Assembly (NCBI GenBank): GCA_021800255.1
Contig: JAJYZC010000003.1
Span: 44,475-108,474 of the forward strand
Direction of reading: 5' to 3'
DNA from: Acidobacteriota bacterium
GTDB lineage: Bacteria; Acidobacteriota; Terriglobia; Terriglobales; Acidobacteriaceae
DNA: 64,000 nucleotides
The stretch's first letter is position 1. Each line of letters begins with the position of its first letter. The notes beneath the pieces are model-generated. The model was not told where the DNA came from. It did not search any database and was given only the letters and a program-made list of their open reading frames with translations. Made by a program: the position numbers and the translations under genes. Of this stretch, positions 20,017 through 29,027 are shown piece after piece.

Positions 20017-22551
20017 GTGCAAGACGCTCCCAATGTTCCGCAGGATTCTTCGCCCGCAGCCGGGCTGCGGCCCACGGCGAATGTGCGGCGGCAGGACGCC
20101 TCGGTTTCCTTGCGCGAGTTATGGCGGGTTCTGATGCGCCGCTGGCGCTTAGTTGCGGGCATTGAGGGCGGCTTGTTGCTGGCGTGCCTGCTGTATTGCC
20201 TGATTGCTCCTAACCAGTACGACGCCACCGCCAGCGTGGAACTGCGCACCGCGCCGGCCTCGCCGTTGAGCCTAAATGCGGCCGAGCCGCTGCTTTCGGC
20301 TTCGATTCTTTCCTCTTCCATCGAGATGGAGACGCTGGCAGGCGTTTTGCGCAGCGACCGGCTGGCCTGGACGGTGATTACCGGGCTGAAGCTCTACCAG
20401 GCGCCGGGCTTCCGGGGCAGCTTTGCCCGCCGTTTCCCCGGGTTTCGGCCCCAGACACCCTCACCGCGCGCTGAAGCCTGGCTGCTGAAGAGGTTTGCGT
20501 GGCGATTGCACGTGGAGATCCTGCCCCACACGCTGCTGGCGAGGATTCGCTTTCGCTCCGGGGACGCGGCGTTGTCGGCGGCCGTGGTGAACGCGCTGAT
20601 CCGCGCCTACAACGAGCAGGACCGTGAGTCGCAGGTCGAGGCCACCGAGCAGGCCTCGGCGTGGCTGGAGGAGCAACTGAGGGCCTTGAAGGCGCGCGAA
20701 GAGCAGGATGATCGCCGTCTGACGGAATTCGAGGACAGGCACGGCATCCTGAGCACTCCGGAGACGCTGGTCAACGGCCAGCCCAGTGAGGCTGAGCAAA
20801 GCCCTTTGGAGATGGAGATCGACGAGTTGGGCCGTCAGTTGGTGGCCGCCACGACGGAGCGCATTTTGTGCGAGGCAGAGTACCGCGCCGCCGCCGGGGG
20901 CGATCCGGAGATGGTGATCGCTGCCGACCCGCGCCTGCAGGCCCAGAGCAGCAGCTTTCCGACCTCACTGCTCCAGCAGCTTCGCGCCCAGCGCAGCAGC
21001 TTGGAGCAGGAACAGGCGCAACTGAGCGCCGAGCACGGACCGAATTTCCCTCGCGTGGTGGAGATTGACCGTGAGCTCACAGACCTGAGCCGGCAAAAGA
21101 AGGCCGAGGACGCCAGGCTTGTAGAGCGGTTCCGCGTGAACTGGCAGACGGCGGTTGCACGCGAACAGCTTGTGCGCAAGAGCCTGGAAGAAGCCACCCG
21201 CGAAGGCATGAAGCTGAACCAAGCGGCAACCGAATACACGGCCATGCGCCAGGAAGCCGGCTCCAGCCACGAGCTTTATGTGCGAGTGCTGGAGCGGGTG
21301 GAGGAAGCAGGATTGTCGGCCGGCATCCACGCTTCGAATATCTCGGTGGTGGACTACGCCCGCCAGCCCGTAAAGCCCGCAGCTCCCAATCTGCCGCTTT
21401 ACATGGCCATCACCTTTTTCGCCGGACTTTGGCTGGCGATGGGAGGCGCGCTCATGATGGAATCGATTCATCCCTCCAAAATCGCTGTGGCGGCGGCACT
21501 GCTCGCGGTGCTGGCGGCTGGCTCGCTGGCTCACGGCCAGGCGCCGACGCCCAGCACCTCGGGGCTGCCCACCGGGGTGGCCAGCTTTCCGCTGTCGCAT
21601 GAAACCAAAAATTTGCCCAACGCCAAGAAAGCGCCGCTGATATGGGGGAACCCGGCGGGCGGAGCGCAGACCGGCGCGCCGCCGTTTACGGTGCCGCAAT
21701 CCGGCTTACCGATGCCGGCGCCGATCAGCCCCGGAGACTTCCTCGACGTGAGCGAGTATCACACGCCGGAGTTTCATTCACTGGTGCGGGTCTCCGAAGA
21801 AGGGACCGTCACGCTGCCTATGATCGGCGAGATCAAGGTGGGCGGAATGGGCGAGCTGGCAGCCGCGCATGCCATTGAATCGGCGCTGGTGGCCAAGGGC
21901 ATGCTGCTCCATCCGCTGGTAACGGTGCTGGTGACCGCTTACGCCGGTCAGGATGTAAGCGTGCTCGGCGAGGTTGCCCGTCCGGGCGTCTATCCTTACA
22001 CCTATCATCACCGGCTGCTGGACCTGATCGCGGCGGCCTCCGGCCTCACGCCCGGCGCCGGCCGCCTGGTGAACATTTTTCACGCCAGCGATCCCAAGAC
22101 GCCACATGCGGTGGTGCTGGACCCCAGCGGAACCGACCCCAACGGAGATCACAACCCGGAATTACTCCCCGGCGACACCGTGCAGGTGACCCGCGCGGGG
22201 CTGGTGTACGTGGTGGGCGAAGTGATCCGGCCAGGCGGATTCGCGGTCGATCCGGTACAGAAGCTGACGGTGGTCCAGGCGCTGGCGCTGGCCTGGGGAC
22301 CGTCGCAAAACGCAGCCCTCACGAAGGCCGTGCTCATCCGCGAGCAGAAGGGCGGGCGCACCATCACCAGGCTCAACCTGAAACGATTGCTCCGCGGCCA
22401 GGATCCCGATGAACTGGTTCATGACCGCGACATTATCTACGTACCCGAATCGGTAGCCAAGAACCTGGTGAACGAGACCATGGAGTCGGCCATTCAATCC
22501 ACCATTGGCGTCTCCATCTACTCCGCGTTGGTGTATTCGCAGAGGTATTGA
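20017..22551 (+). CDS. Fusion of polysaccharide co-polymerase (Wzz/GumC/Wzc N-terminal part) and OPX/Wza polysaccharide export protein
   Basis: aa 30-485: SLRELWRVL, TM1, coiled coil, NISVVDYARQP..PAAP, TM2. aa ~570-844: ISPGD.L.V...TPE...VRVSEEGTVTLPMIG Poly_export domain and two SLBB repeats. One continuous frame. Confidence 0.85.
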   Translation: MQDAPNVPQDSSPAAGLRPTANVRRQDASVSLRELWRVLMRRWRLVAGIEGGLLLACLLYCLIAPNQYDATASVELRTAPASPLSLNAAEPLLSASILSSSIEMETLAGVLRSDRLAWTVITGLKLYQAPGFRGSFARRFPGFRPQTPSPRAEAWLLKRFAWRLHVEILPHTLLARIRFRSGDAALSAAVVNALIRAYNEQDRESQVEATEQASAWLEEQLRALKAREEQDDRRLTEFEDRHGILSTPETLVNGQPSEAEQSPLEMEIDELGRQLVAATTERILCEAEYRAAAGGDPEMVIAADPRLQAQSSSFPTSLLQQLRAQRSSLEQEQAQLSAEHGPNFPRVVEIDRELTDLSRQKKAEDARLVERFRVNWQTAVAREQLVRKSLEEATREGMKLNQAATEYTAMRQEAGSSHELYVRVLERVEEAGLSAGIHASNISVVDYARQPVKPAAPNLPLYMAITFFAGLWLAMGGALMMESIHPSKIAVAAALLAVLAAGSLAHGQAPTPSTSGLPTGVASFPLSHETKNLPNAKKAPLIWGNPAGGAQTGAPPFTVPQSGLPMPAPISPGDFLDVSEYHTPEFHSLVRVSEEGTVTLPMIGEIKVGGMGELAAAHAIESALVAKGMLLHPLVTVLVTAYAGQDVSVLGEVARPGVYPYTYHHRLLDLIAAASGLTPGAGRLVNIFHASDPKTPHAVVLDPSGTDPNGDHNPELLPGDTVQVTRAGLVYVVGEVIRPGGFAVDPVQKLTVVQALALAWGPSQNAALTKAVLIREQKGGRTITRLNLKRLLRGQDPDELVHDRDIIYVPESVAKNLVNETMESAIQSTIGVSIYSALVYSQRY

Positions 22552-22554
22552 GCG

Positions 22555-23775
22555 ATGAGAAGGGTTGCGTGGCGGCTGCTGGTGCTCTTCGCCTTCACCA
22601 TTCCCTGGGAGTATTCCCTGAATTTGGGCGCTCCGCTGGGCAATGTGGCGCGCATCGCAGGATTGCTGCTGCTGCTGGCCGCTGTTCCCGCCGTCCTGCA
22701 GGCCGGACGGATGCGTCTCCCGGGTGCGCTTGGGTGGGTGGTGCTGGTCTTCTATCTCTTCTTTTGCTGCACGTATTTCTGGACCATCGATCCGGCCGCA
22801 ACCCTGGAAAAGATGCGCGGCTATTTTCAGGAGATGATGATCGTCTGGCTGGTGTGGGAGTTTGCCGAGAGCTCCGGCGACTTGCGCACCCTGCTGCGCG
22901 CCTACGTGGCTGGTTCCTGGGTGCTGGCCGCGCTTACCGTCGCCAACTTCAGTTCCGCTGCGGCGATCGCTGCCAGCCAGATCCGCTTTGCCGCCTACGG
23001 GCAGGACCCTAACGATGTGGCGCGTTTTCTCGATCTTGGATTTCCGCTGGCGGCCCTGCTGGTAAACAGCGAGCGGCGCTGGCCCGGCCGCCTGCTGGCG
23101 CTGGGCTATCTGCCGCTGGGCCTATTTTCCGTTTTGCTCACCGCCTCGCGCAGCGGGTTTCTGGCCGCCGTGATGGCGTTCACGGGGTGCAGCTTTCTGC
23201 TGGCGCGCGGGCATGCCAAGAGCGCGCTGGCGTGGATTCTTGCTTTGCCCGCCATAGCGGCGGCTCTTTGGTTCATGGTTCCGAGTGATACTCTGGCGCG
23301 CCTGGCGACCATCCCTCAGCAGCTTGCGGGCGGCGACCTGAATCAACGGCTGAACATCTGGTCGGCGGGCTGGCGCGCGTTTGTGCAAGCGCCGCTGTTG
23401 GGCACAGGCGCGGGCACCTTTGTCAGCGCGGCGGGAACGTCGTCGCTCGATACGGCTCACAACACGGCGCTCGCCATTCTCGTTGGCGGCGGGCTTTGCG
23501 CTTTATTCCTGGCGGCAGCCATCGTGGCGCTGGTGGCGCGCGCAGCCCTCCAAACCCAAGGGGCCTTGCGGCTGGCTTTGGTGACCGCCCTGCTGGTCTG
23601 GATCGTGACATCGCTGGTCCTGACCGTGGAGGAGAGCCGCACCACTTGGCTGTTGTTTGCCTTGATTGCCCTTGCCGGACGGGTTGCCGCAGAGGATCCC
23701 GAGGCCCTTGCCGAATGCTTTTCCAGTTCAGTCCCGCTGCATGAGCTGGCCGCGGCAGCAACCGCGGTTGTGTAG
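22555..23775 (+). CDS. O-antigen ligase/Wzy polymerase-like membrane protein
   Basis: Multiple TM helices; DPND, LTASRSG, R..IW..G...F...PLLGTGAG, AHN motifs. Confidence 0.85.
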   Translation: MRRVAWRLLVLFAFTIPWEYSLNLGAPLGNVARIAGLLLLLAAVPAVLQAGRMRLPGALGWVVLVFYLFFCCTYFWTIDPAATLEKMRGYFQEMMIVWLVWEFAESSGDLRTLLRAYVAGSWVLAALTVANFSSAAAIAASQIRFAAYGQDPNDVARFLDLGFPLAALLVNSERRWPGRLLALGYLPLGLFSVLLTASRSGFLAAVMAFTGCSFLLARGHAKSALAWILALPAIAAALWFMVPSDTLARLATIPQQLAGGDLNQRLNIWSAGWRAFVQAPLLGTGAGTFVSAAGTSSLDTAHNTALAILVGGGLCALFLAAAIVALVARAALQTQGALRLALVTALLVWIVTSLVLTVEESRTTWLLFALIALAGRVAAEDPEALAECFSSSVPLHELAAAATAVV

Positions 23776-23808
23776 ACCGGCGGATCGGTTTTCTCCACTC
23801 GGACTGCT

Positions 23809-25170
23809 ATGTTTTCCGCTCCTCAAATCGCGCCGCCTTGCAAAGATTCCAGCGTGAACCGCAGCATCTTTCGCGCCGCCACATCGGTGGGCGCGGCGGG
23901 GATTGTGGTAAAAATCGCGGCGGTGTTCAAGGAGATTGCTGTAGCCGGCGTTTATGGCCGCTCTGACGCCATGGATGCCTTTCTGGCCGCGGCGCTCATT
24001 CCCGGCCTGCTCGTCAACCTCATCTCCGAGTCGATGAACCAGGCGCTTGTGCCCACGCTGATCCGGGTGCGGGAGCACGAAGGCCGCGAGCGCGCGCAGC
24101 AACTGCTCTCCATCTCCATGCTGTGGGTGTGCCTGCTGCTCGTGGCCGCTTCGGGCGCAATGGCCCTCGCCGCGCATGGCGTTTTCCCGCTGATCGCTTC
24201 GCATTTTTCTCCAGCAAAAATGGCGCTCTCGATCCGGCTCTTTTATGCGCTGTTGCCGGTGGTCCTGATGACGGGAATCGCCAGCAACTGCACGGCGGTT
24301 TTGAACACGCTGGACCGTTTTGCGCTGCCCGCGCTGGCGCCGATGGCGATTTCCGTCTCCATCCTTCTCGGAGTGCTGGCCTGGAGCGGCCGGCTGGGAA
24401 TCTGGGCCATGGTCTACTCCACGCTGGCCGGCGCGGCGATTCACGCGGGTCTCATGGCCTGGATGATGAACGCGCACGGCTACCGCTTCCGTCTGCGCTG
24501 GTATGGAATGACGGAGGCTACGCGCGAGGTGGGGCGCCAGTACGGGCCGGTGCTGGTGAGCGGAGTGGTGGCCTCGGGCGGCTTGGTCGTGGATCAGGCA
24601 ATGGCCGCCATGCTGCCCGCCGGAAGCGTCTCGGCGCTGGTCTACGCCACGCGCTTTGTCAGCGTAGTGCTGACGCTGCTGGCCGGCGCGGTCGCCACGG
24701 CCGTCACGCCCTACTTCTCGCGCCTGATCGCCTACCGGGATTGGAGCGGCTGCCGCCACACGTTGCGCACCTGGGTTCGGATCACGGCGCTGGTTTCAGC
24801 GCCCATCGCGGCGCTGCTGATGGCGGGCGCGCACTTCCTTGTCCGCATCACCCTGCAGCACGGAGCATTTGGCCGGCGCGACACGGCCGTGGTCGCCCAA
24901 GTGCTCATCATGTTCGCCATTCAGATTCCGTTCTTTGCCGTCAGCCGGGTCTTTTACCGCTTTATCGTCGCCATGCGGCGCACCGAACTGATTCTTTACT
25001 GCGGCATTCTCAATCTTGGACTGGATGTGGCGCTGAACCTGCTGCTGATGCACTGGTTCGGCGTGGCTGGAATCGCATTGGCCACTTCACTGTGGACGGT
25101 GAGCACGTTTTTCTACCTTTGGTATTGGTCGCGGAGGCTTTTGACGGAAGCAAGTTTAAGAGCGGTTTAG
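23809..25170 (+). CDS. MurJ/MviN-family lipid-linked oligosaccharide flippase
   Basis: KEIAVA..YG.S.AMDAF..A..IP, VD...A..L..GSVSAL.YA.R, LQHGAF. Confidence 0.82.
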   Translation: MFSAPQIAPPCKDSSVNRSIFRAATSVGAAGIVVKIAAVFKEIAVAGVYGRSDAMDAFLAAALIPGLLVNLISESMNQALVPTLIRVREHEGRERAQQLLSISMLWVCLLLVAASGAMALAAHGVFPLIASHFSPAKMALSIRLFYALLPVVLMTGIASNCTAVLNTLDRFALPALAPMAISVSILLGVLAWSGRLGIWAMVYSTLAGAAIHAGLMAWMMNAHGYRFRLRWYGMTEATREVGRQYGPVLVSGVVASGGLVVDQAMAAMLPAGSVSALVYATRFVSVVLTLLAGAVATAVTPYFSRLIAYRDWSGCRHTLRTWVRITALVSAPIAALLMAGAHFLVRITLQHGAFGRRDTAVVAQVLIMFAIQIPFFAVSRVFYRFIVAMRRTELILYCGILNLGLDVALNLLLMHWFGVAGIALATSLWTVSTFFYLWYWSRRLLTEASLRAV

Positions 25171-25240
25171 ACCGGAGCCGCGAGAAGCGCGGAGAGAGAA
25201 CGTTCTGGATGACCACTGCGAAAAACGCACCGGAGGGGAT

Positions 25241-26026
25241 ATGACGCTGCCGAAGCCTGCACAGTATCTGCTTCGTTGCGACGATCTCTGCCCCACGGCC
25301 GGCGCGGAACGGTGGCGGCGTTTGCAGGCATGGATCGAGGAGTTCGGAATCCAACCCATTCTCGCCGTGGTTCCCGACAACCGTGATCCGGATTTGCAGT
25401 ATGAGCCGCCTGACCCCGAGTTTTGGGTGCGCATGAGGACGATGGAGGCCGCCGGCGCGGCCATCGCATTGCACGGCTACCGGCATCTGTGCACGAGCGC
25501 GGGCCGCAGTCTGATGCCCCTGAACCGCCGCTCCGAGTTTGCCGGCGTTCCCATCAATATGCAGCGCGAGTGGATCCGCGCAGGTCTGCGCATTCTCCGC
25601 GATCGCGGCCTCAACCCGCGCCTGTGGGTCGCGCCGCGCCATGGCTTCGACCGCGGAACGCTCGCCGTGCTCCGGGCCGAGGGAATCAGCCTGCTCTCGG
25701 ACGGCTTGGCGCGCGTCCCTTTTCTTCGCGGCGGCCTCACCTGGATTCCGCAGCAGCTTTGGGCTCCTATGAAAAAGTCGAAGGGGCTGTGGACCATTTG
25801 CGTTCATCCCCACACGGTTCGCGAATCGGAGTTGGAGGAGCTGCGCGGCTTTCTCAGCCGCCATTCGATGCAGTTCACCTCAGTGGAGCGCGTGCTGGAC
25901 GAGTTCGAGCCTGCCCGGCTCAGTTTGTGCGAATCTGCCTACTCCCGTCTCGCGCTGTGCCGGGTGAAAGTCTCCGGCGCGCGCAAGAGCCTCCGGCGCG
26001 AGCTACGAAGAGCCGCTTCCGGTTAG
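25241..26026 (+). CDS. DUF2334/polysaccharide deacetylase-like (NodB fold) protein
   Basis: YLLRCDDLCP, IALHGYRH, WVAPRHGFD. Confidence 0.78.
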   Translation: MTLPKPAQYLLRCDDLCPTAGAERWRRLQAWIEEFGIQPILAVVPDNRDPDLQYEPPDPEFWVRMRTMEAAGAAIALHGYRHLCTSAGRSLMPLNRRSEFAGVPINMQREWIRAGLRILRDRGLNPRLWVAPRHGFDRGTLAVLRAEGISLLSDGLARVPFLRGGLTWIPQQLWAPMKKSKGLWTICVHPHTVRESELEELRGFLSRHSMQFTSVERVLDEFEPARLSLCESAYSRLALCRVKVSGARKSLRRELRRAASG

Positions 26027-27166
26027 AGCGGCTGCGCCGGCGGACGCAATGGAGAGTGATTTTCCCGCGAGCAACTCCGCGTAAAGCCGTTCCCAGCGGT
26101 CAAGAACGGCATCGAGGCTGAAGCGCTCAATGGCCTGGCGTCGCGCCTGCTCGCCCATGATGCGGCGCTGGTCCGGCGACCTTTGCATGAGGGTGGTCAT
26201 TGCCTGAGCCAGTGCGGCAGCATCGCCGGGCGCGGCGAGCCAGCCAGTCAGCCCATGGGCAATCACCTCCCGCGAGCCAGGAACATCCGTGGCGATGGCC
26301 GGTAAGGCGCAGGCCGCAGCTTCGATCAGCCCCATCGGCAGCCCCTCCCACCGCGATGAGAGCACAAAGGCATCGGCGGCTTGAAGCCAGCGCGTCAGGC
26401 CGGGAACGAAACCTAAAAAGCGCACCCGGCGCTCCAGGCCGAGCCGCGCGGAAAGAGCAAGCAGCTCGCTGCGAAGCGGACCGTCGCCCGCGATCAGCAG
26501 CCGCGCCGGCTCAGGGGTTGCGGACATGGCGCGGAGGAGGGTGGGATAGTCCTTCACCGCGTCCAGCCGTCCGGCGGCCAGCCACAAAAATTTGTCTACA
26601 AGGTTTAGTTCTTGGCGCGCCGCTGCTCGAATGGACGGATCCGTCCGCCAGGCTTCGATGTCCGCTCCGTTGGGGAGAACGGAGAGTTTGCTTCGGCTCA
26701 CCAATCCGGCGGATAGATGCGCGCGGGCGACAGATTGGCTCACGGCGGTGACATGATCTGGCAGCCAGCCGCTCAGCCGGTAGCCCAGCCGCCGTCCGAG
26801 CGGTCCGGTCCACGAGCTGTGCAGCGTATCAATCACCACGGGCGACGGCGCGCACAGCCGCGACCAACGGGCCAGCCATGCGGCGTGGGGCAGGTGCGCA
26901 TGAACCACCTCCGGCCTCTCGCGCCGCAGCCAACGATGGAAGCGAACCCACCCCCGCGGGTCGGCCCATCCCTTGCGCATCTCCAGGCTGAGGAATGCCA
27001 CGCCTGCATTGGCCAGCTCGTGAGCCGCCTGTCCGCCGGAACCGGTGAGGGCAACCACGCTCACACGCCAGCCGCGCCCGCGCAGCCCTTTGGCCAGCAG
27101 CATGACCTGCCGTTCCGCTCCGCCGATGCGGTCAAGGCCGGGAATGACCAGGGCAGCGTGACTCAT
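26003..27166 (-). CDS. GT4 (GT-B) glycosyltransferase
   Basis: IGGAERQV, HAHL, AGRLDAVKDY, SSRWEGLPMGLIEA, C-terminal RFSLDAVLDRWERLY. Confidence 0.92.
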   Translation of the reverse strand: MSHAALVIPGLDRIGGAERQVMLLAKGLRGRGWRVSVVALTGSGGQAAHELANAGVAFLSLEMRKGWADPRGWVRFHRWLRRERPEVVHAHLPHAAWLARWSRLCAPSPVVIDTLHSSWTGPLGRRLGYRLSGWLPDHVTAVSQSVARAHLSAGLVSRSKLSVLPNGADIEAWRTDPSIRAAARQELNLVDKFLWLAAGRLDAVKDYPTLLRAMSATPEPARLLIAGDGPLRSELLALSARLGLERRVRFLGFVPGLTRWLQAADAFVLSSRWEGLPMGLIEAAACALPAIATDVPGSREVIAHGLTGWLAAPGDAAALAQAMTTLMQRSPDQRRIMGEQARRQAIERFSLDAVLDRWERLYAELLAGKSLSIASAGAAALTGSGSS

Positions 27167-27420
27167 GCGCGCCTTTGCGCATAAGCGGCGTCGATCAACC
27201 TCTCATAGGCCTCAATGGCGTGCTCAAAGGCGAACTCTTCGCCGGCTTGATGCTCTAAATGTTGCAGGTTCCTGGGGCTGTGGTAACGCAGCGGGATACG
27301 AACGAGGAAGTCGCAGACAACAGCGCCGAACTTGGAGAGGATTGTGGAAAACTCCTGAACTAGAAGTAAGAAGGCGAGCAGCAAGGCTGCAAATACGGAA
27401 TTTACGAGGCGAGCAAGCAT
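27163..27420 (-). CDS. Small hypothetical membrane protein (85 aa) ending in a GT4-type C-terminal helix
   Basis: ATG at 27420 after GGTGGA; hydrophobic N-terminus; stop overlaps the next GT start (ATGA). Confidence 0.5.
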   Translation of the reverse strand: MLARLVNSVFAALLLAFLLLVQEFSTILSKFGAVVCDFLVRIPLRYHSPRNLQHLEHQAGEEFAFEHAIEAYERLIDAAYAQRRA

Positions 27421-27769
27421 GAAAATTCCACCGAACTTAGAGGATTCACAGCCTGCTCCGGAACCGGCCAGGTGGCCGCAGTTAAGCAACGCATTTTCAA
27501 CGGGGGAGTGGATGCAGTCTGACTGTGAATCCGGATGATTTAAGGCCCGGTTGGTGGTCCCTGTCCCAATATGAGCCACTTTTCCTCTACGGGTGAGCGG
27601 GAAAAGTACCCAAACTGGGCCTTTCGTTGATTTAAAAGAAACTGTACAGAAAGGAAACAACGTTGCGCTTTAAATGTCAAGGGGTTAAATCAGGCGAGGA
27701 AAAATAGGCTGAATATTACTTTTGGGCCTATGAAAATGGATCCGGACCGGGGCTCAGTTTTCTGCCTGG

Positions 27770-28882
27770 CTAACCCTCAACTTTCGCTCTTTCCAGGTTG
27801 GAAGGCGGCAATGCAACTGACTGCGGGATTGCCGGCTCGCGGCGGCTGGAAAACTGGTGGTGAAACCTCTGGCCTGGACGCAGAGCGACTAATGCCGCGT
27901 GGAGGGAGGCGGAGAGCGCATCGGCGCTAACCTCGTGCGCGAGCCAGGCTCCGGGCCGGCCGCGGAGCAGGTCCACGACGCCACCCGATGCTGGCAGGGC
28001 TACGATGGGCAGACCGGCGGCTGCGGCTTCGAGCAGGGCGTTGGGCATTCCCTCGTGGCGCGAGGAGAGCACAAACAAGGTGGCCCCTGGGAAGAAGACG
28101 TAGGGGCAATCGACGCGGCCCGCGAAGCGCACGGCCGCTTCGAGCCCCAGCGAGCGGCACTGGGCTTTGAGCGCCGCCTCCTCAGGTCCTGCGCCGGCAA
28201 TGAACAGATCAGCCTGCGGGAAATTCTGCCGCACGCCGGCAAGCGCACGCAGCAAGAGGTCAAACCCCTTTTCCGGCGCCAGCCTTCCCACGGCCAGCAG
28301 ATGCGGGCCAGGACCGGCCCACTGCTCCGAATCAGATTGAACCGCGCGGATTCCTTCCAGGTCCACCGGATTGGGCAGAACGGAGATCAGATCGGAGCCA
28401 ATGTCCAACTGGCTGGCCAAATCCTCGGCCATGGCGCGCGACTGGCAGATGATGCGGTCCGCACGGCGGTAGAGCAGCCTGTAGAGCAGGCCGGTGAAAC
28501 TAGGCAGGCCGCCAAAGGCCAGAGCAGCCGAAACGGTCGCGTTCTGGCGCACCAAAACCCGAGTTCCGCGCGGGAAGAAGGGGCGCAGTAGAAGCACGAG
28601 AAAATTCACGTGCGCTATACCGGAGAGGATCACGCCGGGCCGCAGGCGGCGCACCAGGCGCAGCAGTTTGAAGGCTGCGGCGCGCACTCGGGTAGCGCCC
28701 AGGGGATGAATGACTACCCAGGGGGGCAGTTGGGCGGCGCCAGCATCGGGCTGGGTAATCAGACCGAGGTGTAGTTCATACTTTTCGCGCGACAATCCTC
28801 GCGCAAGCAGCGTGGTCACCTGCTCTGCGCCGCCGCCTCCAAGATGCGGGATCAGCAGCAGGATTCTCAACGGTTGGGCCAT
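27770..28882 (-). CDS. GT4 glycosyltransferase, apparently lacking its terminal helix
   Basis: RILLLIPHLGGGGAEQV, VGRLAPEKGFD, SSRHEGMPNALLEA; tail SSRREPAIP... is unlike GT4. Confidence 0.88.
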   Translation of the reverse strand: MAQPLRILLLIPHLGGGGAEQVTTLLARGLSREKYELHLGLITQPDAGAAQLPPWVVIHPLGATRVRAAAFKLLRLVRRLRPGVILSGIAHVNFLVLLLRPFFPRGTRVLVRQNATVSAALAFGGLPSFTGLLYRLLYRRADRIICQSRAMAEDLASQLDIGSDLISVLPNPVDLEGIRAVQSDSEQWAGPGPHLLAVGRLAPEKGFDLLLRALAGVRQNFPQADLFIAGAGPEEAALKAQCRSLGLEAAVRFAGRVDCPYVFFPGATLFVLSSRHEGMPNALLEAAAAGLPIVALPASGGVVDLLRGRPGAWLAHEVSADALSASLHAALVALRPGQRFHHQFSSRREPAIPQSVALPPSNLERAKVEG

Positions 28883-29027
28883 GCGTTTCCTGGTAGTGGA
28901 CGATTTTGGGACATTCGAGTGTACTTGTGCTGTGTTCTGGGTCACACATTTCAGGCTGTCCAAAAATGATACATTTTTTGTAATCTCGCTCGAAATTTGA
29001 CGAATTCCGGCTCATACGGGGATTACC

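Noticed and set aside
27241-27837. GCCGGCT direct repeats as a target-site duplication of an IS in the split GT4
   Set aside because: Excision would remove 590 nt and not restore the frame; no terminal inverted repeats or transposase; a 7-mer is likely by chance in GC-rich DNA.
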